Source: Thermoproteota archaeon (GTDB lineage Archaea; Thermoproteota; Thermoprotei; Gearchaeales; Gearchaeaceae). Taken from it: DNA of 64,000 nucleotides. This document shows positions 56,020 through 64,000 of this stretch, one piece after another. How positions within the stretch are numbered: the first letter of the stretch is position 1; each line of letters begins with the position of its first letter. Location: positions 4,072 to 68,071 of the forward strand of contig JAVVGB010000001.1 of assembly GCA_032249315.1 (NCBI GenBank), in the 5' to 3' direction. The position numbers were made by a program, and so were the translations under genes. The notes under the pieces are model-generated. The model was given only the letters and a program-made list of their open reading frames with translations, was not told where the DNA came from and searched no databases.

Positions 56020-57843
56020 ATGTGCGGAATCTGTGGAATAATAGGAGAACCTAATAAATATCTTTTAAAATTAATGTGCAACAATTTAATTCATCGAGGA
56101 CCTGATAGCGAAGGATATTATATTGATGATCATGTTGGCTTGGGAGTAAGAAGGTTGAGGATAATTGATCTGAAAACCGGAGACCAGCCCATTCATAATG
56201 AAGATGAAACAGTTTGGGTTGTTTTCAATGGCGAAATTTATAACTTCATTGAATTAAGAAACGAGTTGAAATCAAGACATAAATTCTATACAAATACAGA
56301 TACAGAGGTATTAGTCCATTTGTGGGAAGAAGAAAAAGAGAAAATGCTGAATAGAATAATTGGAATGTTCGCTTTTGCAATATATGATTCAAAGGAAAAA
56401 ACTGTTTTCATAGCGAGAGATAGATTTGGAGAGAAGCCTTTGTATTATACCTTTGTTAATGATAACTTCATATTTGCTTCTGAGCTAAGAGCAATTATCA
56501 ATTGCATTGAAAATCCTGAAATTAATCCTAATGCAATAGCAAGTTATCTAGCTTTCTTTTACAATCATTTAGAAGAAAGTTTTATAAAAAAAGTCTATAG
56601 ATTAAACCCTGCAAGCTACATTTTATATTCTTTGAAAGATAAAAAGGCTACTTTCAATTCTTATTGGGATTTGAACTTTGAGGAAAATAATGATATAGAT
56701 TTGGATACCGCATTAAAAATTCTTGATGCAAACTTAAAAGGTATAGTAAAGAATACTTTGATAAGCGATGTTCCCTTAGGAGTTTTGTTAAGCGGAGGCG
56801 TTGATTCAAGCGTTATAGCTAAGGTTGCTTCAGAATATTCAAGACTTAAAACAATGCATGTTACTGGTAGCGAAGAAGAAGTTAAATTTGCTGAGGAAGT
56901 TGTAAACTTAATAAAAAGTGATCATAAAACAATACATGTAAAAACAGATTTCATGAAAGATTTTGATCAAATTACTATTGCAATAGATGAACCTGTTGCT
57001 GATCCTTCAATTATTCCAACATTTTACATATGTAGAGAAATAAAGAAGGAAGTAACGGTTGCTTTAACAGGAGAAGGAGGAGATGAAATGTTCTGGGGAT
57101 ATCCTTGGATAAATATAAATGATATTCTTAGCAAATGGTTTAGCTTGCCTAAGTTCATTAGGAAAATTATAATTTCTTTAGGAAGCCATTTAAATAAAAA
57201 TTTAGCAGGAACATTTCAAGACTTAAAGCGATATGAAAAATATAGATATTATTCATTGGATAACGCAGGTAAAAGATTGCTAAGACTTTCTCATTTCAAT
57301 AAAGAAGAGTTGAAAAATATAATTGTAAATAGCTTCGAAGATCCTTTCATTGAATATGAAAAGATGTTAAGAAAAGGTGATGAGCATAAAAGCGCTGCAT
57401 ACGTTACCATTAAGAAAGTTTTGCCGAATGATTTCTTGCATAAGGATGATAGAATTAGCATGAAAAACTCGCTAGAGCTAAGAGCACCATTTTTAAACCA
57501 TATTTTAATGCAAAAAATATTTAGCTTTCAAAATGAAATGAAAATAAATCATGGAATAGATAAATATTTATTAAAAGTATATGCAATTAAATATTTAAAA
57601 ATACCTAAACATATAATTTTAAGAAAAAAAGTTGGATTTAGCATATCTTTAAAGAAATATCATAAAGATTTTATAAATAAAATTGATGAATTAAGTTATT
57701 TAATGAAGGAATTAAATTTAAATTATAATGAAATAAAGAAATATTATGAATATTATTCTTCCTATGAATACACAAATAGATTATTTTCAATTGCTTTACT
57801 ATTGAATTGGTTCAAATTAACATTTAAACACATTTTTACTTAA
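56020..57843 (+). CDS. asnB: asparagine synthetase (glutamine-hydrolysing) AsnB-family amidotransferase
   Basis: 607 aa with an N-terminal Ntn Cys2 (MCGICGIIG), a PP-loop SGGVDSS and a C-terminal synthetase domain. Confidence 0.85.
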   Translation: MCGICGIIGEPNKYLLKLMCNNLIHRGPDSEGYYIDDHVGLGVRRLRIIDLKTGDQPIHNEDETVWVVFNGEIYNFIELRNELKSRHKFYTNTDTEVLVHLWEEEKEKMLNRIIGMFAFAIYDSKEKTVFIARDRFGEKPLYYTFVNDNFIFASELRAIINCIENPEINPNAIASYLAFFYNHLEESFIKKVYRLNPASYILYSLKDKKATFNSYWDLNFEENNDIDLDTALKILDANLKGIVKNTLISDVPLGVLLSGGVDSSVIAKVASEYSRLKTMHVTGSEEEVKFAEEVVNLIKSDHKTIHVKTDFMKDFDQITIAIDEPVADPSIIPTFYICREIKKEVTVALTGEGGDEMFWGYPWININDILSKWFSLPKFIRKIIISLGSHLNKNLAGTFQDLKRYEKYRYYSLDNAGKRLLRLSHFNKEELKNIIVNSFEDPFIEYEKMLRKGDEHKSAAYVTIKKVLPNDFLHKDDRISMKNSLELRAPFLNHILMQKIFSFQNEMKINHGIDKYLLKVYAIKYLKIPKHIILRKKVGFSISLKKYHKDFINKIDELSYLMKELNLNYNEIKKYYEYYSSYEYTNRLFSIALLLNWFKLTFKHIFT

Positions 57844-57869
57844 AAACTAAAGAATATTTAAAATAATTT

Positions 57870-59018
57870 ATGGAAGAAGCAATTAAAGATTTAAAGAGAC
57901 TTCGTATTGCAATAACCCACCTAAATTTAAGTTGGTATCGCATACCATTATTTAAAATACTACAAGATGAAATAAGATCAGACATAATTATATTAAATTC
58001 TAAAGAGTTGCCCACATATGGTAAAGCAGATTTTGATGCTATAGAATATTTATTAAAAAAATACAAAATAAGTTATAAAACTGAAAAAGTAATTGGTAAT
58101 AACAATTTTTACTTTAATCCTTTCTTATTAAGAACTCTGTTAAATTATGACATTATTGTATGGGGCGAACCCATTTTATCATTGAATAGCCTTTTATTCA
58201 TTCCTACTCTAAAACTATTTCGCAAAAAAGCAGTATTGTGGGTAGATGATTGGGGTTATAAAAAACATTTGATCAGAAAAATATTTGAGCCTTTTGTTCG
58301 TCTAATATACTTAATAGCTGATGGCATTTTAGTTCATGGTATCAAGCATTATTTATATTTTTTAAAACTAGGTGTTGATAAGAGAAAAATATTTTTCATA
58401 GGAAATGCATCTACAATATTTAGAGAATTTTCGTCTAAAGACGAGATTGAAAGAGTAAGAAGGATATTAAATACAAAGCATATTATTTTGTACGTAGGCG
58501 GCCTAATTAAGAGAAAAAATGTAGACAAAATTATTAAGGCTATTTATAATTTAAGAAAAAAAAATTTGGATGTTGGTCTATTGATAGTAGGACAAGGACC
58601 TGAAATTAAAAGTTTATATAACCTGGTATGGAAGATGAATTTAGCTTATCATATAAAATTTTTAGGTTGGATACCTTTTCATAGATTAGCCAACTATTAT
58701 TTAGCTGCTGACGTTTTTGTTTTTCCAGCAGAAAATGAACCATGGGGTTTAGTAATAAATGAAGCCTTAGAAGCAGGAATACCTATAGTAACCACAAAAA
58801 GTGTAGGAGCAGAAGAACTAATAGTCAATAATATTAATGGTGTATTAATAAATAAAATTGATGAAAAAAATATAGCAGATGGAATTACTAAGTGTCTATC
58901 AAATAAAATCGATATAAATAATAATATAATATTAAAAATAAAAAAGAAATATAATTATAAAACTATGGCAAATTTATTTATTAATGCACTTCTCAAAATC
59001 TATTATAATAAATGTTAA
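57870..59018 (+). CDS. GT4-family glycosyltransferase (divergent N-domain)
   Basis: 382 aa with a canonical GT-B C-domain (LYVGGLIKRKN…FVFPAENEPWGLVINEALEAGIPIVTT). Confidence 0.6.
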   Translation: MEEAIKDLKRLRIAITHLNLSWYRIPLFKILQDEIRSDIIILNSKELPTYGKADFDAIEYLLKKYKISYKTEKVIGNNNFYFNPFLLRTLLNYDIIVWGEPILSLNSLLFIPTLKLFRKKAVLWVDDWGYKKHLIRKIFEPFVRLIYLIADGILVHGIKHYLYFLKLGVDKRKIFFIGNASTIFREFSSKDEIERVRRILNTKHIILYVGGLIKRKNVDKIIKAIYNLRKKNLDVGLLIVGQGPEIKSLYNLVWKMNLAYHIKFLGWIPFHRLANYYLAADVFVFPAENEPWGLVINEALEAGIPIVTTKSVGAEELIVNNINGVLINKIDEKNIADGITKCLSNKIDINNNIILKIKKKYNYKTMANLFINALLKIYYNKC

Positions 59019-59270
59019 AATATCATGATTACCATAAAATTGTACTTATTATGAAAAATGCCAATTAACTTTTTATATAGAGGACAAGCCTAGGAAGAAC
59101 AAAAGAACTTCTTTGGAAAACATAGTAAAAAGGAGGAAATTAATAAAGTTATCCTCTTAACAATAACGTTCATAATGCCAAGTATTAATTTAAATGATTG
59201 AACCAAAAAAATTCAACAAAAGAATAAGAGAGAATGTAAATAATCAAACTATATTCCATAAACCCTTAAA

Positions 59271-60425
59271 ATGGTTATTCTTATAATTAGTCCAGGTCTA
59301 GTTGAAGTCCCTCCTATTCGAATTATTGGAGGAATACCAGAAATAGACTATCGAATTGGTATTCAAATTTCTGCACATTATAAAACTATAATTACTTCAC
59401 CTTTTTACTATAAATATCAAAAATATAAAAAAGTTAATAAAAATCTCAAAATACTTTATATATATCATCCTGCAATAAATAGGTCTGCAAAAGTTAATAT
59501 TTTGCGATTATCTTTAGAAACATTATCAATCTTGATCTCTTATACTTTTCAAATAATAATAAATATTATTAAATTAAAAAAATATGGCTTAAATTTGGTA
59601 ATACTTAGTGAAAGATATTCAGGTATTATTCAAATTATGATTTGTAAATTACTTAAAATTAAAACTATATTTTCTGAAAGTAATCCGTACCCATGGTATT
59701 CACCTTTTTTAATTAAGAGACCACATGCCCTTAGTTGGGGGGTTAATTTAAGTTTTGGAAAGTTAGCATGCAAATTAGCCGATAAAATTAGGACACAATC
59801 AATACTAATAAAAAGAGGTATGATTAATTACAGAATATCAAAAGATAAAATAGAAATAATTCCTGCAGGAGTTGATACGAACACTTTTAGGCCTTATAAT
59901 TCTGATGAAACAAATTGCGTTGTTGGATTCCTTGGAAGATTAACAGAAGAAAAAGGGGCTGGCCTTTTATATGATATTATGAAAACATGCGAAAAAGAAT
60001 TGCCTGAAGTTAAATTTATTGTTCTAGGTTCTGGTCCTTATGAATATATGTTAAAAAATTTGAAGAACATAGCATTTCAACAAACTATTCCAAGAAATAT
60101 ATTGCCAACATTCATTAATAAAGCAGATATGTTTGTCAGCACATATTATGATTTCTCATTATCAGATTTAGAAATCTTATCTTGCGGTAAACCTTTGATA
60201 AAAATAAACACGCCTGAAATGAATAAACTTTTTAAAAACTATGAAGAGATCATTTTTTGTGATAGAGATGTAAAAGATTTTGTAAATAAAATAAAGCTAT
60301 TGTATGAAAATAAAGATTTGTGTAAAAAAATAGGCGAACGTGCTCGAAAAAAGGTTGAGAAGGAGTTTGATTGGAAAGTAATAGGAGAACAGTGGATAAG
60401 ATTAATAAATAGCTTGCTAAAATAA
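59271..60425 (+). CDS. GT4-family glycosyltransferase
   Basis: 384 aa with GFLGRLTEEKG; the start is uncertain. Confidence 0.6.
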   Translation: MVILIISPGLVEVPPIRIIGGIPEIDYRIGIQISAHYKTIITSPFYYKYQKYKKVNKNLKILYIYHPAINRSAKVNILRLSLETLSILISYTFQIIINIIKLKKYGLNLVILSERYSGIIQIMICKLLKIKTIFSESNPYPWYSPFLIKRPHALSWGVNLSFGKLACKLADKIRTQSILIKRGMINYRISKDKIEIIPAGVDTNTFRPYNSDETNCVVGFLGRLTEEKGAGLLYDIMKTCEKELPEVKFIVLGSGPYEYMLKNLKNIAFQQTIPRNILPTFINKADMFVSTYYDFSLSDLEILSCGKPLIKINTPEMNKLFKNYEEIIFCDRDVKDFVNKIKLLYENKDLCKKIGERARKKVEKEFDWKVIGEQWIRLINSLLK

Positions 60426-61561
60426 TGGTAAGAATAACAATTATAACACCTGTCTTTCCATATCCTAAACGGGGAGTTTATACAGGAATTGAAAGGCATG
60501 TGGAAGGCTTATGCAAAGGCTTTAAGAAACTGGGTCATAAAGTTACAATAATAACTACATTTTGGAATGGCGGAAGTTCATATCACACTTTGAACGGTAT
60601 AGAAATCTATAGATTTAAGGATCTTAGAGCAATCTTAGGAAAATTTGGAAGACTAAGTGGAGTTTTTGAGTTGGATTTTTTAACTTTTTCTTTAAACGTT
60701 ACATTAAATAAAAAATTGCTCGATGCTGATCTCTTATTGATAAACTTGCCATTCCCGTTTTTAAGTTTAATAGATGGCAATTTTATAAGTGTTGGCCTTT
60801 TACATCATGTTCAGCCCATTGTGAAGATTAAAGATGCTCTTGCTGTACCTTTTGGAAATATTTATGGCAAATTAACCAAGCCAGACTATTGGGCAGCACC
60901 AAGTAAATTCACAGCTGAGCAGTTCATAAAATTATTCAAAATATCGAAGGAAAAGATAAGAATTATACCAGAAGGAGTAGATCAGGAAAAATTTAACAGA
61001 AATGTTGATACTTCAGATATTAACGAAAAACTAGGTAACGAGAGAAAAATATTGTTTGTAGGAAATCTTCATCCTAGTAAAGGGATTCATTTTCTTATAA
61101 AGTCTTTTGCATTAGTAAAATCTCGAATTAATAATGTAAAACTTGTAATAGTTGGTGATGGTCCTTTAAAACATTACTTAATCAATTTGACAAAAAGACT
61201 GAAACTAGAAAAAGATATTATTTTTGCAGGATTTGTTAACGATGAAGATTTACCTAAATATTATGCTTCTTGTGACATATTCGCATCAGCAAGCGTCCTT
61301 GAAGGATTTGGATTAATATTCTTAGAAGCAATGGCTTTAGGTAAGCCAATCGTAGCTTTCAATCTAGCAAGCATACCAGAAGTGGTAGGAAATGCAGGAA
61401 TATTAGTTAACGAAATAAATCATGAAAAATTCGCTAATGCAATTATCGAATTATTACAAAATAAAGCACTTTATAAAGAAAAATCCGAAATTGCACTAAA
61501 TAGAGTAAAACTATTTTCATGGGAAAAGATAGCTGAGCAGTTTATTAAAATTATTAAATAA
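60425..61561 (+). CDS. GT4-family glycosyltransferase
   Basis: 378 aa with FVGNLHPSKG and EGFGLIFLEAMALGKPIVA. Confidence 0.75.
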   Translation: MVRITIITPVFPYPKRGVYTGIERHVEGLCKGFKKLGHKVTIITTFWNGGSSYHTLNGIEIYRFKDLRAILGKFGRLSGVFELDFLTFSLNVTLNKKLLDADLLLINLPFPFLSLIDGNFISVGLLHHVQPIVKIKDALAVPFGNIYGKLTKPDYWAAPSKFTAEQFIKLFKISKEKIRIIPEGVDQEKFNRNVDTSDINEKLGNERKILFVGNLHPSKGIHFLIKSFALVKSRINNVKLVIVGDGPLKHYLINLTKRLKLEKDIIFAGFVNDEDLPKYYASCDIFASASVLEGFGLIFLEAMALGKPIVAFNLASIPEVVGNAGILVNEINHEKFANAIIELLQNKALYKEKSEIALNRVKLFSWEKIAEQFIKIIK

Positions 61562-61647
61562 AATTTATAAATCAATGATTAATAAATTATAAATTACTCT
61601 ATTAAAAAATTGATATATTGCCTCTTAAATCTTAACAACAATTAACC

Positions 61648-62775
61648 ATGATTAATAAAAATTTACGATTCCTAATCTATTCGCATTTTTACTATCCTAG
61701 TATTGGAGGTGTTGAAAGGCATACTGATAACTTAGCAAAACTATTGATAAATAAAGGATACACTGTTACTATCGTAACCCAAATAGGAAATCAAGGTATA
61801 GAAATAAAACATAAAATAACAATTGTGAGAAAACCATCAATACCATTATTAAGTTTCCTTATATTTTATCATAATATAATCCATATGCAAGGATTTAATG
61901 TTTTTGTATATTTATTTGCTAAATTATTTAGAAAAAGAATCGTTTGGTATCATCACACTTATGATTTATGTAGCGTTGGTGGGGGGACATCTATTTATAA
62001 AGGAGTCTTTAAAACTTTGGAACCACATTTAAGAAGAAGTTTGGATGGAATACTTCTTTGGTTAAGCTTTCATATTAGTAGAATGATTGCGAAAATTGAT
62101 AAAAAAATAACACATATAGTTACAACTTATTACATGTTAACGAGATTTAGAGAATTTATAAGAAGGTTAAATTGGCATATAATTTATAATCCTGTTTTAT
62201 TTGATAATTTAAATCAAATTCCTTTAAACAATTCAAATAATGATGACAATTACATTTTACTATACGGAAGAATGATGGCAGGTAAAGGGGAAGATGTGCT
62301 GATAAAGGCTTTAAATATTCTTAAAGATAAAGGTATAATTTACCGAGCAATTATTTGCGGACCTTCACCTAGCAAAGATTACCCTAGTAATTTAATAAAA
62401 TTTTATAGACTAGAAAATCAAGTAGTTTATGTTGGTCCTCAATCCACTGAAGAGTTAGTTAAACTAATAACTAGAAGTTCAATAGTAGTCATTCCTTCTA
62501 CATATGAAGAAATGTTTGGTCAAACAGCTATCGAAGCAATGTATTTTGGCAAGCCAGTTATAGCGAGTAAAACCGGCGGACTTGCTGAAGTTGTTGGTAA
62601 CTTTGGCATAATTATTCCTTCAAATAATCCTTATGCTTTGGCTGAAGTTATCCATGAACTTATGAGCGATAGAAATAAGATCGAAGTGCTGAGCAAGAAG
62701 GCAAAGGAATATGCAAGAAGTGTTTTTAATCCTGAGAATTACATTCAAAAATATTTAAGGGCTGTTCTAAAATAG
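61648..62775 (+). CDS. GT4-family glycosyltransferase
   Basis: 375 aa with EEMFGQTAIEAMYFGKPVIASKTGG. Confidence 0.7.
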   Translation: MINKNLRFLIYSHFYYPSIGGVERHTDNLAKLLINKGYTVTIVTQIGNQGIEIKHKITIVRKPSIPLLSFLIFYHNIIHMQGFNVFVYLFAKLFRKRIVWYHHTYDLCSVGGGTSIYKGVFKTLEPHLRRSLDGILLWLSFHISRMIAKIDKKITHIVTTYYMLTRFREFIRRLNWHIIYNPVLFDNLNQIPLNNSNNDDNYILLYGRMMAGKGEDVLIKALNILKDKGIIYRAIICGPSPSKDYPSNLIKFYRLENQVVYVGPQSTEELVKLITRSSIVVIPSTYEEMFGQTAIEAMYFGKPVIASKTGGLAEVVGNFGIIIPSNNPYALAEVIHELMSDRNKIEVLSKKAKEYARSVFNPENYIQKYLRAVLK

Positions 62776-62958
62776 TTAACCGTTATACTAACGTTCTAAA
62801 AATTAATTTGATAAATGTTTTATCATATACTAACCAGATTCTTTCCTATGAAAATACGGATAAAATTCAAATAACCATAAGAATAAGCTATTCTTAGTTA
62901 GATAAGTTATTTTTCATAAAGAAATCTGCTTTAACATAATTTATTTTTCTTATAAAAA

Positions 62959-63204
62959 ATGAATACAATTAATCAACCTAAAGTTACAGTAATAATTGTA
63001 GCATATAATGCTGAAGGAATGAAAAATATATTCAAACAATGCCTAGATTCAACTTTAAATTTGAAATATGATAATTATGAAGTTATTGTGGTGAATAATG
63101 GTTCTACTGATAAAACAAGAGAAATTTTAGAAGATTATGAGAAAACTATAATAAACGATGAAGATATTAATAGATCTGCAAGGAAATTTGTTATTTCAAG
63201 ATAA
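62959..63204 (+). pseudogene. truncated GT2 glycosyltransferase (N-terminal 81 aa only)
   Basis: PKVTVIIVAYNAEGMKN…YEVIVVNNGSTDKTREIL is a GT2 N-terminus. It stops after 81 aa and is followed by about 80 nt of non-coding DNA. Confidence 0.45.
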
Positions 63205-63284
63205 GTTATTAGATCAGGAATTGCAAATTGTTATCTTTCCTTAGAACTATTATTAATATATTTTATATTTAATAAAATCATAAT

Positions 63285-64000
63285 ATGAAAAAATTAATTA
63301 TAAAAGCCTTAGACCTAATTAATTATAAAAACCTTAAATACATATTATACTTACTTATAGGAATATCCATAATTTTAACTATTTATAACTTATTTAATTT
63401 AACTGCAATCGGAATATTTTTCTTAATGAATACTTTTGCATCAGTATTAGGAATATTTTCATATACTATTATAAAATCAAACAATAAAAACAAAATAGAT
63501 CCAATAATTAATTATAAAAAAATTTACATAACAATTATAATATTTTTTGTTTTATTATCATTTTCCTCATTATTAGCATACTTTAGTATAACTTACAGAT
63601 CATTACTATATTTCATATTTTTATCATTTACTTTCTTTATTATTGCTTTCCAAATATTATTTTTAGATCTTAATAAAAAATTAGCTAAAATTATTTTATT
63701 TGAAATAATTTTAATTGTTATAATTAATAAAATTTCAATTTATTTTATTAATTATGAAATAGCTTGGTGGGATTCATTTTTCCATTATACTGTAATTTAT
63801 AATATATTTAACACAAACCAATTGCCACCAGCTGAAACTAACTGGGGAGCATTTGGTCTATTTCATGCTTTCAATACAATAGTTTTAAAAATATTATTCA
63901 ACGAAACAAATATAAATTATATTTATATCGATCTTTTAATAATATTTGTTATTATTATATTTGCTTATTATATTATATACCGAATATCAAAAAGCTTTAA
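63285..64000 (+). CDS. 3'-partial polytopic membrane protein (candidate oligosaccharide polymerase, flippase or oligosaccharyltransferase of the glycan locus)
   Basis: ATG at 63285, then a continuous open frame to the window end (≥238 aa) with more than six predicted TM helices (MKKLIIKALDLINYKNLKYILYLLIGISIILTIY…). Confidence 0.45.
   Translation, partial: MKKLIIKALDLINYKNLKYILYLLIGISIILTIYNLFNLTAIGIFFLMNTFASVLGIFSYTIIKSNNKNKIDPIINYKKIYITIIIFFVLLSFSSLLAYFSITYRSLLYFIFLSFTFFIIAFQILFLDLNKKLAKIILFEIILIVIINKISIYFINYEIAWWDSFFHYTVIYNIFNTNQLPPAETNWGAFGLFHAFNTIVLKILFNETNINYIYIDLLIIFVIIIFAYYIIYRISKSF

Overview
The window is very AT-rich (roughly 30% GC), densely coded archaeal chromosome. It looks crenarchaeal: it has aRF1, aEF-1beta, Pth2, FEN-1 and CDC48, a tRNA intron, an intein, and a CRISPR repeat ending GAATTGAAAG as in Sulfolobales type I-A repeats. 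The first ~24 kb is core housekeeping. It holds the conserved rpp21–S19e–PDCD5-like–L39e–L31e–eIF6–LX–prefoldin-alpha–FtsY cluster, HisRS, UbiA/DGGGP synthase, tRNA-splicing endonuclease, MtnA/aIF2B-like, SAM decarboxylase, RibL, PIMT, FEN-1, CDC48, EF-1beta, geranylgeranyl reductase, Pth2, L40e and AspRS, plus eight tRNA genes. This part is interrupted by a 2.4 kb low-coding stretch that carries a VapBC pair. The region from 24 to 32 kb is accessory-like. It contains a three-repeat orphan CRISPR mini-array beside tRNA-Val, a TrmB regulator, a GcvH-like/TusA-like fusion gene next to a rhodanese gene whose 3' part is inverted, a large radical-SAM protein, and a DUF87 (HerA-like) ATPase with unknown small genes. 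From 33 to 38.4 kb there is a sufC–sufB–sufD–Rieske–sufU operon in which sufB carries a 361-aa LAGLIDADG intein. From 38.6 kb to the end there is glmS, a secreted beta-helix protein, a pentapeptide-repeat membrane protein and a CPBP protease. These are followed by a long surface-glycan biosynthesis locus: eight GT4-type glycosyltransferases, a GT2 DPM1-like gene, two SDR epimerases, a NodU/CmcH carbamoyltransferase, AsnB, a TylF-like methyltransferase, an MNT–HEPN fusion protein and a truncated GT2. That locus is interrupted at 54.1–55.9 kb by a clearly foreign GC-rich (42–48%) island encoding a retropepsin-like aspartic protease, an archaeal-type AAA ATPase and a truncated duplicate of that ATPase. 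Small genes missed by the ≥60-aa ORF track were recovered by eye: L39e, L40e and a COG2888 Zn-ribbon gene. All functional calls rest on motif and architecture recognition from the translations; no database search was possible.
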